From NCBI RefSeq assembly GCF_964355755.1, contig NC_092676.1:8657888-8721887 (forward strand): DNA of 64,000 nt, given 5' to 3'. The notes under the pieces are model-generated. The model did no database searches and was not told the origin of the DNA. It was given only the letters and a program-made list of their open reading frames with translations. Below are positions 53,701 to 64,000 of this stretch, in pieces. The position numbers were made by a program, and so were the translations under genes. The DNA is from Antedon mediterranea. Taxonomy: Eukaryota; Animalia; Echinodermata. Position 1 is the first letter of the stretch; every line of letters begins with the position of its first letter.

Positions 53701-56700
53701 GTGATGTGTCCGCACAACGGAATGTTGTGTGTTGCTAAATACAATCTGGATGATCTGTGGTATAGGTCCAAAGTAGTTGGTAAATAGGGAGTTTTTGATT
53801 TGCGATGACTGACAACCAAACTATGTCAAGTTAGTTTATTGTACTCATGCTGAATATTGGGACGTGTCCTCGCTCCCTTGATGGTTTGTAAGTCCAGGCA
53901 ACACCCGACAAAACATTGATTGACTTGACCTAGGTTGGTCCTTGGTCGTCACAAATCAAAAGCTCCCCATTATTGATTATTACATTCCAGATGGTAGTGG
54001 TTATGCTACAACTAATGTTTAGCGAGCATTCAGTTCAAGCTAGGAACTGTTATTACATGATACAGTAAAACCCCTATTGTTGGGATGCCTTGGGACCCAA
54101 CACTTTTTCATGAAAGGGGTTGGTGATAATGTTGAAACATACATTGTCCTTCGTTCGTTTTACAGGAGTGTGTCCCTTAATAGTGTGTCCCATTATTAGG
54201 GGTGTCCGAAAGGAGGGTTTCTATTCTAATTATTTTTGCGCATACGGGGATATATGGATGTGTCTTCCTAGCTTCATTAAGGGGACATATGGATGTGTCT
54301 TCCTAGCTTCATTAAGGGGACATATGGATGTGTCTTCCTAGCTTCATTAAGGTACATATGGATGTGTCTTCCCAGCTTCATTAGGGGACATATGGATGTG
54401 TCTTCCTAGCTTCATTAGGGGACATATGGATGTGTCTTCCCAGCTTCATTAGGGGACATATGGATGTGTCTTCCCAGCTTCATTAGGGGACATATGGATG
54501 TGTCTTCCTAGCTTCATTAGGGGACATATGGATGTGTCTTCCCAGCTTCATTAGGGGACATATGGATGTGTCTTCCCAGCTTCATTGAGACAATTTTGCT
54601 GGATTATAGGTCTAGGCTCTAGCAGTGTACTTTTATGACTTTCTTTCGTTTATTATATTTCTTGTACAGGTCTTCCAGGAGAGGGTATGGTTGATGTTAA
54701 TTATGTGGATTTTGGCAACATCAGCAGGGTGCATGTTTCTGATGTTAGGATGATGACTGCTAATTTTCTTAAATTACCCATACAGGTAAAACTTAGAATT
54801 AAGAAAATTTGAAACAAAATGAATATAAGAAAGAACTAAATTATAGAGAGCGACATATAGTTGGCTAAACTGGTATTGTGTTGTGTGCTAAACCGAATCA
54901 TATCGTCTCTCTCCACGTAGGTTGAAATGCATGTAGATAGCGCACCGTCTTTGCTTTTGAGACTTTAAAGATGTATTGTCCCCCAAAAACATAAAAAATG
55001 AAGATTAATTAAATCAGATTTCGAATATGTTATTTTGTAGTTTTAATAAAGTTAATAACTTCCAAAGAAGAAAAAAAATGGAAAAAAATAATGTTTTCAC
55101 TTAAATGACAAAATAAATGGTTAAATTCAACCAAAAACCCATTGGCTGGCAGCCAATTTGACCATTTTTTGCTTTAAATTGCAGTTTTTTCAGTTAAAAT
55201 ACATTTTTTCAAAATCCAATTTTTGGTCAAAGTGGATAACTATTATGTTACATTAAAATGGCATATTCACCAAAAAAATGTTTAAGAATTTTTTTTCAGG
55301 GGGACAATACATCTTTAAACTGTTAGTCCTGTGTGCAACATGGCTCATATGCATGTTACACCCTTCGAAAAGACTTGTGTCTTGTCTGAACCAAAAATAT
55401 TCTATCTATCTATCTATCTAATTATAAAGAAATTGTGAAACATGTAAAAATGAAAGGTTGATTTTGAAACAAAACAAGGTGTGTAAATAAGTTTAGAAAT
55501 TCCTAATATTACAAGTATACCTATGCAAATGCCATTCGAAGTACTATTTCAGTATGCGACACTAACGTTAATACACTGTATTAATGTTTTTTATTAGGCC
55601 ATACCTTGCACCATGGTTGACATCGCTCCAATTGCATGTGATTGGGATGAAGGATCTGCTAACAGGCTAGCTGAGCTGGCGTCAACACCAATGGTTATAT
55701 CCGTCCAAGGTAAACACACTTTTTTAATTGCTTTTTTATTACCAAAATTCAATTTGTAATGCAATATTAACTGGCAATTGGCTAATACTTTGGCATATCA
55801 TCTTTCTGCGCATTATCAGGCCTAATAAATATTACAAATGCATTTGTATTTAACTTTAATATAATAGTTTCAAGAAACAAGGTTCAAATTACAAGTTTAT
55901 CCTCAAGGGTAGTTTCATGTCCATACAGCTAGCCATTATAGATCACCTATTGATCATGGTCTTTTTACACACATTTAATTATGTGCCTTACTCCTGAGGA
56001 TCAGCGTGTTTAAATGCAAATGTCTTTTTGAGCCATCTATATACCATATAATATTTATTGCGGAAATAATAATAATTGGTAGTTTCCGCCTTAAAATATA
56101 TATGGAATATATTTATATATTTTTTTAATGAAAGAATTGTTGATTTTGTTGAACAGATGTAAAAGATGGTGTTGTTTCTGTGTTGTTGTATGCGCCGGAA
56201 GAGAGCACTGATTCCAGTTGTATCAATGCTGTACTAGTTGCTGAGGGCTTTGCAAAAAGCATTGGACCAGGGTATGATATTTATATATTTCTACAATAGG
56301 AGGTATATTATATTTGCCAAATTTAGGATTGGAAATAAAACCATGTATTTTAAACTAAATTGTGTACAAGGTTTAGTCATTACAAACATTGCATATATCT
56401 ATGATTTGAACCTAAGAACCATGGATTGGTAGGCAAGCATGTAACTCGCCAACCCACAGTGCAACTGCTACTATTCCCACTAGTCAATAGGGAGGTTTCG
56501 CAACCTTACGAATACGATAACGAAAACGGATACGTCATACATTTGTGAAACTTTTGAGCTGATCCCCATTTCATATTCGTAAAGCGTATTCGTGTTGACG
56601 AATATCACCAGTCATATTCGTAACTACAAAACGAGTATAGTTTTTGATCTATTTTGCACATTTTGCATTTGAATTAGGAATGATTCATGATTATAATATA

Positions 56701-59700
56701 ATTATATATTTATTGAAAGTAATTTACTAAAGTAATTTACTAAAATTCCAGGTCAATTTAGATAAATAGCAGTTTTTAAATTCCTCACTCGATTTGATGT
56801 TACGCTAGGCCTAGGCAGCCAAGCACCAAGCTACACGTACCTGCGCTTCGCTCAAATTTACCGCAGTCATATTTTGGACGCGCCTCAATATTCCGTTGCC
56901 ATGCGAAACAGATTTTTTTATGGCTTACGAAAACGAATACGTGTGCGTGACGTATCTGTTTTCGTTATCGTATTCGTAAGATTGCGAAACCTCTCTAATA
57001 TCATTTTAAAAACCATGAGCAACCTTTTTAAGTATTCTTTCTTTTACAGGAAATCAAATAAGCTATTATACTAGATTTCCACTTTTTATTTGTATATGTT
57101 GTTTTTTATTCATGTACTATAGAATGTATATCTGAAATAAAAGTTTTTTATTTATTTAATGTATTTAATAAATCATACTCTTGTTTATGAACAAATATAT
57201 AATATACCAATTAATAAAGAAAACACAGATGAAGCAAATAACAAGTTTTTACAGTCTTACAGCACCAAAAGAATATCGACCAAGCATAGCACTCAACTTC
57301 TTTGCTTTTATATTTTTTCTTGTAGAAAAAAACCAATAAATATATATATATTACTTGTTAGAAGCAATGGACTGACGTAAGGAGAAAAGCAAATTTAGCA
57401 AGTGTATAACAGTGGATGCCATCACACATTAAATATTTTAATTTTTCTATATTTGTTATTACATATCTTTACCAAACAAGTATGTAATCAAACTTGATTC
57501 TTTTCACAGATCCATTAACGCTGCTGTCTTTAAGAAGTATCAAAAGAAAGGTACTGATCTTCAGAAAAAGCCACAGCATGCTAAAATATCACAGAGTCAG
57601 AATGTAAGAGGTGGTACTTACTTGATAAAGAATGCTGATGCCATGAAGAAAGCCTCAGAGTCCAAGAAGCTTCCGTATGCAGGCGTTCAAATCAGCCATG
57701 TCATTTCACCATCATGTTTTTATGTGCATTTAAAAACTGATGGGGCCAATGATCTTGAAAGGTATGCTAGCTTGATTTTTTAATAGGAAGGTAATCCCAC
57801 TATGTGTATGTGCATTTATAATAATTGTAATTGTTTGTAACCACTGTGGAGTAGCTTTGTGTCAGGCTGTTGGTCAGATGTTTTGCCCTAATCTAACCCT
57901 TAGCCATCAGTGCAGGCTCATTGGTCTAGAGGTATGAACGCCAGGCTAGTGATTACTTGCTTATTTGTTCACAAGTCTCAATGTACTTAGTAGGAAGTAC
58001 AAATTACATCAGAGTAGGGCAAAACATCTGTCCAATTACATTTATAATAACACACCTGATTAGATTCTATTCTTGCAATTTGATTGGTTAATTAGGCATC
58101 ACATTTAAATTGGAATTAGCCCTACCTAACGGAAATGTGATATATAATGATGATAAGTAGGGCTCTCATGTTCAGATTTCTATTGTTGACGGACTGCGTT
58201 CGGGAAACTTGTACGCAAAACTTTCTAGTAAACATACTTTTTAAATAAATCGTAAAAAACATAAATGTTGAATTTTTTTTATTGTTTCTTCAAAACAGCA
58301 GATTAAACATTTTGGCAAATTTAAGCCTAATGCAGGTCAAATTAGCAATTGAAATGACAGGTACCCATCTCTTGTATGTTAACAACAGTGAAAACTCATA
58401 AGGTAGATTTTGCTAAGCACACTTGACGTCACAGCAATTTACGGCGACTACTGTACGTGAGTGCGTGGCGATATCAGAAATATCGCAATTGTTCTGAAAT
58501 CATATGTACATCCCTAATACGTTGTGAATATATGTCCTGTAAAAGAGATTTTCATTTAAAAAAAAAAAAAAGAAATATCTTTGATTTAAACATGTATTTG
58601 TTTTTTTTTTAGTTTACAAAAGGCAATGGTGGACGAGTTTTTGAAAACTGAGGTTGAGAGTGCCGAGTGGTCTGTAGGTGATATTGGTGCTATGATTTAC
58701 TCCTCAAATGACTTCTACAATAGAGCAAAAATTACTAAACTTCTTCCAGAGAAAAAAGCAAAGGTATAATTTATATGGCTTTAGACAATGCTTGTGATAA
58801 ATGTCATCAAACATTCTTCTTGCCAGCTTCAATAAGAGTTAATGTTGTGCTCATGTAAAGTGATTTATTGGATAATTTTTATAATAAATTTCATATTAAA
58901 TTGTGAATGTTAAATTCTAAAGTTCAGATAATTGTGATATTTTATACTACCAACATTTATTCTTTTCTAGTTGTAGGCATTCAAGTTCTTGTAGGCATAC
59001 ATGGATCAAAATGAACACTAGGAAATTAGGAATTTGCTAGTAGATTTTTCATAATTGCTAATTAACAATCAAACAATCGAAACTATCTATTGCTGGTTAT
59101 ACCAATACTTTTTAGTGTAACAAATCTGTTTGTCATTCGTCCAGGTAGTAGTAAGTTTAGAATGATAAATCAAATCTATAAATAAATCAAGTCTAGCAAA
59201 TGTACCCAAGATCTAATAGTTCAACTTGTAGAATTAATTCACCAACATTAAATGCGAGCTCGGTTTCACATTTTGCTAGTTACATTTTAACAACTAGCAA
59301 CAGTTTGCTTGTGGATAAAAAGTAAATCTATATTCTAGCCATTTAAGGGATGTTTTTCCAGTTATTTTGAATGTTGGTCAAATATGCAAGTTGTTCAACA
59401 GAGTATATTATTTGTGCATGATAATGCTTGAAAATAGCTATACTTCATTTTCTAAGCTAAACCTTCATTATTTTGTATAATTTATCAGGTTGAAATGATT
59501 GATTATGGAAATATAACAGTTGTGTCTGTTAGTAAGCTTCGTAGGTTATCACCTGACCTGTCGTCTGTGCCGCCATTTGCAATACGTTGTCATCTCGCCA
59601 ATGTATTTCCCGCTGGTGCCAAAGAGTGGACAAAAACGGCGTGCGAATATTTTGCTGTCAAGCTTGAAGAATTGGAATGTTACATTTTGAAAGAGGTAGG

Positions 59701-62700
59701 TCTTTAAACAGTAACAAACTATATATCAATCCGGTATAATCAAGCAAATTATTTACAATCTGTCTTGGAGATTATAATATTTATTGCACTCGTTCGTTCC
59801 ATCGTAGATCATTCAGTTGACCTATAGTTGAAAGTACTTGTAGAATAAATATTTTATTTCAATCGGTCAGATTACATATGTGTTGTCTATATACTTTGAC
59901 TTCTGTTTATATACAAAAGTAGAATCATATAAATGTAATTCTAGCACATTGTTGATTTGTATACAGGTAATAAACTATATAATTATATTACTGTTTTGAA
60001 TACTATAGTATATAGTAGAATAGTATATCCTTCGGAAATTCCTATCCAGGGAGACACTATATAGTAGATACTTTCATTGCAAAACGAAGGAGGAGCACTA
60101 TGGCCAACCCCTATTTAGGATACACCCTATGGAGATGATGTTGGGTCTCGGAGGTGTTCCATTTATAGGAGTTTCTATAAGAAATAGAGTAAATATAAAA
60201 TGTTCACTAAATAGAATTTATTGAATTACCCAGAGAATATTGTTGCTAAGAGATTAATTTAATAGAGAGTGCAAATGTGGTGTCATATGTTTAGTTGTAC
60301 AGGCCTTAAACTGAACATTTATACTGTTGCATTTGATGTTTTTACTGTAGGATGAAATGAATGAGGATGGATCATTTCCTATTGATCTTTTGTACAAGAA
60401 ATCATGGAAAGAAATAGCGAAAGGAGACGACGAAACACAAGATACAGAGCTTGTATCAGAACTGCTGATAAACGATGGACTGGCTCTCCCTAGCCCTCAA
60501 AGGTACGTCAATGTGACAGCTTTTGTTCTTCCTAAACACAGTAGAAACCTTCCTTTGAGGGATATGGAACACCTTTTTTTTTATTTCCTCGAATAAACGC
60601 CACCACATACACAGTATTGTATTACAAAACATTTCTATTTATAGAATTCATTGATTGACAATTTACTAAAGTTTTTTATTTGATATACATGTTACCATAT
60701 TACATGGAAAATTATAAATGCCTCTCCTGAATAAATTCCTCCATCAAATAAAGGCCCCTGGGCATTTATTAAATAAATACTTTTTTTTTCTTTTTCCCAA
60801 TTAAAAATATTTTACATGGGAATAAAAATAACCCTAAAGGTTTGTTTGAGATCTCTTCCATTTACATTGCCATATTTGCCATTGAAAGAGTTTAAATAAA
60901 GAGAAAAAAATTGCACCAAAGTATATATATATAACAGCAAACAACCTTTTTTTAACGTCCTATATACAGTAATAACTCAATAAAAATACAAGTGGGTAAA
61001 ATGAATACCAAATAACTTGAACATTAAATTGAACATTTTTATTTCAAATCCTGATTAGTGTCTAATTACAAATGTTTAATCATAGTGCATCCATGGATTA
61101 TTTACAGTAAGTGAGATCTAGCACACTTTATGAAAGCCTACTAAATAGAATTGGCATGATAAACCTGTTAAAAATGTCGGTCACTTCGATATCACCTGGT
61201 GATTTTACCACTTTACACAAACTACATAAAGCATGTTAATATCATTATAAAACCATCTGATTTTCGATGAAATTAAATAGATTTATGGGTTTATTTGTTC
61301 ATTGACCAGGAAGAACTGAAAAAAGTGAGCTTGTTTACCCAGCTTTAAGCTCTGTCTACACTATTAAACTATTTTGACAAAAAAAGTGTGATGTGTCCAA
61401 ATATGGTAGTGGTATGACATCACTGTGTCCATATATGAGCACATCACATTTTTTTGTCACATAAATTTTGATAGTGTAGATAGAGCTTTATACGCCAAAG
61501 ATTGTCTTCGATGTGTAGTATTAAATTTAGTATGAATTTCTGTGAAATTGACTTTAATAAATACTGTAAATGATCGAATAAAAGGTGGAGTTGAGTAAGC
61601 GCGTCACTAAATTTTGTGCCGCTGGTATTATTTATTGTTTTATAGTCAGACAGGTCTGAAAAACACTTATTCTCCGGATGTTTGATTATTTACAATATTA
61701 AGTGTTTTAAGAATCGCTTTTCTCCAACTTTGACCATATGATTTGTGCAGGTGTTGTGGTTATTGATGATATGACGAGTGACGATTGAATGCTTTCAAAT
61801 TATTTGCAAGTCTATACATTTTAAAAATGCTCGCCGTCTTCTTGTCAGCTGCATGTTTGACAGAGAGTAATAGGTTAATCGATTTACAAAACTATATTTG
61901 CATTTTTCAAAAGAATGATTTAGGTGTCTTTAGAGTCAAAATTGTAAGATTTCTCTTCACTGTAATTTTTAACCCAGTAAAAGTGTTTGTATTTAAAAGT
62001 GCTGATTTATTTGTTTACAACTTGAGTCTGGAAATAATTATACAATACTAGCTAGACTTATACACGCTTTGTACCCACTGTTTATTGTAGCGATTGCCTA
62101 CTTCTAAATTGAAACAAATTAAAATCATAAGCTATTAAATAATTAAATGTAATTAATGCTGTTGAATACAGTAATTTTGACATGATCCTTTAGAACCTTG
62201 TTACATATTAAGTCAGTACATTTCTTTTACACTCAGGAAATTATTTTGGCCTAATGTAGATGCATACAAAATACTCATACTGTATTTAAACTAAAATAGT
62301 ATACAAATAAAAATATAAAATAAAATTATATTATCCTTGTTATATAATATTCAATTATCTGAAAGTCCAGTCTGTCATTTGAAGTCAGTAGGTTATAATG
62401 GACTACTATACAGAGCTAAAAAAATATGTGGAAGCGTGATATAAAAAACATTACCTTTCGTGGAAGTGCGTTGGATCGTATAAAAAAATAGTGCTTAGTA
62501 GGTTTGCAATAAAAAAACAATGCCTCATATGTAGGCTATGAATGGTTACACGTGGGGAACGAAGCGCAGCAATTAATATTGTACTGTACATACTTTTTAA
62601 TTTGCAAATTCATGTTTGTTTTTCTTTTAGGAAGAGGCCTAGCTCAAGAGTGGAACACAAACTTGAATGCGATGAAGAAGCACTTATTGCTCATTCAAAA

Positions 62701-64000
62701 CTATCAAAGTACTGTAGTTCTAGTATAGACAACAAACATGAGGAACCAGCCACCAATACACAGGACAAAGATTATGATTGCAGCTCTGATGGTCTGTTAA
62801 GAGAAGACGAAGACAGCAGTATTCTTGAAGAACATCTGCCAGAGGTTGACCAGGAAAGCCAGTGTTCAAATGATGAATTTATCTCTTCTCATAGAATCTA
62901 TCAAAGTGAAGAGAAGAAAGAGATTGTGGATGGCAAAAAACAAAAACCTTTAGGCTGTGTTTCAGATCATGATTATAATACAGATGATGGTAGTATTCAC
63001 AGTATTGATTCTGATTCATCAGACAAAAGAAGTCTTCAACATCTTGACAAATGTAGTGTACACAGTCTTAGTAAAGACAGTGTCCATAGTATCAGTAAAA
63101 ATAGTATCCACAGCATTAGTAAAGACAGTGTTCATAGCATCGGTAAAAACAGTGTTCATAGCATCGGCAAAGACAGTGTTCATAGCATCGGCAAAGACAG
63201 TGTTCATAGCATTGGCAAAGACAGTGTTCATAGCATTGGCAAAGACAGTGTTCATAGCATCGGTAAAGATAGTGTCCATAGCATCGGTAAAGACAGTGTC
63301 CATAGCATCGGTAAAGACAGTGTCCATAGCATCGGTAAAGACAGTGTTCATAGCACCTGTAAAGACAGTGTTCATAGCATCGGTAAAGACAGTGTTCATA
63401 GCATCGGTAAAGACAGTGTTCATAGCACCTGTAAAGACAGTGTTCATAGCATCGGTAAAGACAGTGTTCATAGCACCTGTAAAGACAGTGTTCATAGCAT
63501 CGGTAAAGACAGTGTTCATAGCATCGGTAAAGACAGTGTTCATAGCATCAGCAAGGTCAGTGTTCATAGCATCGGCAAGGTCAGTGTTCATAGCATCGGT
63601 AAAGACAGTGTTCATAGCATCGGTAAAGACAGTGTTCATAGCATCGGTAAAGACAGTGTTCATAGCATCGGTAAAGACATTGTAGGTGTTTGCAAAGACA
63701 GTGTCCATAGCATTGATAAAAACAGTATTGTTACGTTGGATCAAAGATTTGGTTCAGGACGAAATAGTGCCATCAGTGTTGATAGCAGTGCTTGTCACAC
63801 AGATGAGAGTAGTTTACAAGGATCTGAAAAGGAAAGAGTTCTGGGGAATATTAGTAGCAGTGCCCAAACTTTTAATGATAGAAGTATCCATAGTAAGACT
63901 AGTGGCTGTGGTGATGCTGGTAGGTCTGGTAAAGTAAGTGTATCTGTCCATAATGATGGAAGTCAACAGGATCTTCCCAAGGACAATATCAACCCAAATA
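32767..64000 (+). CDS. RNF17: RING finger protein 17 / TDRD4 (Qin/Kumo-type RING + two B-box + coiled coil + Tudor repeats), 3' end beyond window
   Basis: Exons: 32767-32818 (ATG, CPHC), 34515-34630 (CSHTFCRSC...CPIC, RING), 37036-37145, 37548-37645, 38198-38351 (B-box1), 38704-38839 (B-box2), 39823-39903, 40692-40792, 42107-42222, 43088-43283, 43817-43956, 44512-44625, 45513-45677, 46177-46414 (WYRA..YIDYGN, Tudor1), 50994-51078, 51464-51535, 52245-52392 (SVRDALVFLEVA, which I recognise as RNF17-like), 52944-53056, 53620-53779, 54670-54785 (YVDFGN, Tudor2), 55598-55709, 56157-56271, 57510-57761, 58613-58763, 59489-59695 (MIDYGN, Tudor3), 60351-60502, 62631->64000. Phases consistent throughout. 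Confidence 0.9.
33129..33440 (+). mobile_element. tRNA-derived SINE with Deu/Nin-like core
   Basis: A-box tggccgagcggttaag, B-box-like ggttcaaggc, core tctcggataaggactataaaccgtaggtcc...taaagaacc...gagtagggggttaccccggtg. Closely related copies at 39128 and 19241. Confidence 0.8.
34925..36804. mobile_element. Non-autonomous Tc1/mariner-pogo (Tigger-like) DNA transposon
   Basis: TIR cagtcaactctcccaataccggac ... gtccggtattgggagagttgactg with TA on both sides. Subterminal tccggtt repeats. No transposase ORF seen. Confidence 0.8.
39128..39445 (+). mobile_element. tRNA-derived SINE, same family as 33129
   Basis: Near-identical to 33129-33440; ends in (tcaa)n tail. Confidence 0.8.
40115..40420 (-). 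mobile_element. 3' fragment of a Rex1/Babar-like LINE
   Basis: ORF tail ...SSRRF..IKATKARFTNSFFPGAIRALN.. followed by a (ttgac)n tail on the minus strand. Confidence 0.65.
41470..41760 (+). mobile_element. Degenerate CR1-type LINE 3' end
   Basis: aatgccattcccaccatttggaacaatctccca...aatcaatttaaa (NAIPTIWNNLP..IRNSSLNQFK), followed by an AT-rich tail. Confidence 0.5.
46958..50730 (-). mobile_element. Decayed Academ-type (XPG-domain, C-terminal Cys-rich) DNA transposon in an RNF17 intron
   Basis: Long TIRs of ~400 bp (tctgggaaaaaattagaaac...gttccagctcatctgacctggggaaagtcgccatttt versus its reverse complement ending at 50730) with repeated aaaatggcggccat motifs. Frameshifted minus-strand ORF pieces read NQPLW..VVRLG, GSGLE, HGQYAKS..YLQ, VDGGWFLH, WDGY, ADEDADT...EDTDVLVLL, HAWSVCDT, and C-x-C...CSCRK...C..ACGYC. 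Superfamily call is from recalled motif architecture. Confidence 0.8.
51192..51230 (+). ncRNA. Minimal type-I hammerhead ribozyme motif (Penelope-like element type)
   Basis: gca-CTGATGA-a-gggc tagtgtt gccc-GAAA-gc-TC-tgc: complete core, stem II gggc/gccc, stem I gca/tgc, palindromic agct at stem III. Preceded by a (TA)n tract. Confidence 0.7.
51831..52140 (+). mobile_element. 5S rRNA-derived SINE (SINE3-like) or 5S pseudogene with appended body
   Basis: 51831-51941 matches the 5S rRNA layout (tctcgtcagatc..aagttaagca..ggcccggttag.gcttggatgggagacc..ctgggaata..gagtgctgta) with many substitutions. It lacks an immediate poly-T terminator and is followed by ~200 bp of GC-richer body. Confidence 0.7.
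54246..54586. repeat. 34-35-bp minisatellite (ggggacatatggatgtgtcttccYagcttcatta), ~10 units
   Basis: Directly visible head-to-tail array without spacers, ending ~80 nt upstream of the RNF17 acceptor at 54669. Confidence 0.92.
54969..55314. mobile_element. TTAA-flanked MITE (agatgtattgtcccc TIR), Kolobok-like
   Basis: ttaa-agatgtattgtcccc...ggggacaatacatct-ttaa. Partial copies at ~2490-2770, 32195-32500, 38430-38680, 40500-40667 and 52430-52721. Confidence 0.75.
56489..56996. mobile_element. MITE with agggaggtttcgcaa TIR
   Basis: aat-agggaggtttcgcaaccttacgaatacgataacgaaaac ... gttttcgttatcgtattcgtaagattgcgaaacctctct-aat, a ~45-bp inverted repeat. Related shorter agggagctttcgatttgcg elements at ~11215-11405, 14699-14858, 17020-17210, 23767-23945 and 53786-53968. 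Confidence 0.75.
61348..61487. mobile_element. MITE family 1 copy
   Basis: tta-agctctgtctacacta...tagtgtagatagagct-tta. Confidence 0.8.
63049..63720 (+). repeat. Coding 24-bp minisatellite, ~28 units, encoding (KDSVHSIG)n within the RNF17 exon
   Basis: Unit aaagacagtgttcatagcatcggt. In the frame set by the acceptor at 62630 the exon has no stop from 62631 to 64000. Confidence 0.92.

Noticed and set aside
54246-54586. 34-bp repeat as a CRISPR array
   Set aside because: Units are head-to-tail with no unique spacers, in a eukaryotic intron with no cas genes.
62957-63744. Long ORFs 62957-63685 (+) and 63019-63744 (-) in the ORF track
   Set aside because: Shadow frames of the stop-free 24-bp repeat. 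The splice-compatible frame is the third one (KDSVHSIG), continuous with RNF17.

Overview
AT-rich, intron-dense eukaryotic DNA with canonical GT-AG introns, probably from a marine invertebrate. I assembled three multi-exon genes by hand. Two are paralogous Xaa-Pro aminopeptidases (aminopeptidase P, M24B) arranged tail-to-tail (+ ~1495-12439; - 13675-28143), each with a hydrophobic GPI-type C-terminal tail. The third is an RNF17/TDRD4/Qin-Kumo-type RING-Bbox-Bbox-coiled-coil-Tudor gene (+ 32767 to beyond the window end). The introns hold many MITEs, Deu-domain tRNA-SINEs, a 5S-derived SINE, LINE 3' remnants and a decayed Academ (XPG-type) DNA transposon. Most notable: (1) a tandemly duplicated, probably mutually exclusive exon pair encoding the segment between two metal ligands of the minus-strand aminopeptidase; (2) an in-frame ~28x octapeptide (KDSVHSIG) repeat in the RNF17 linker after the third Tudor domain; (3) a minimal type-I hammerhead ribozyme motif on the sense strand of an RNF17 intron; (4) candidate in-frame micro-exons and an intron presence/absence difference between the two peptidase paralogs. 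All gene models and family calls come from manual reading and recalled motifs, not database searches.
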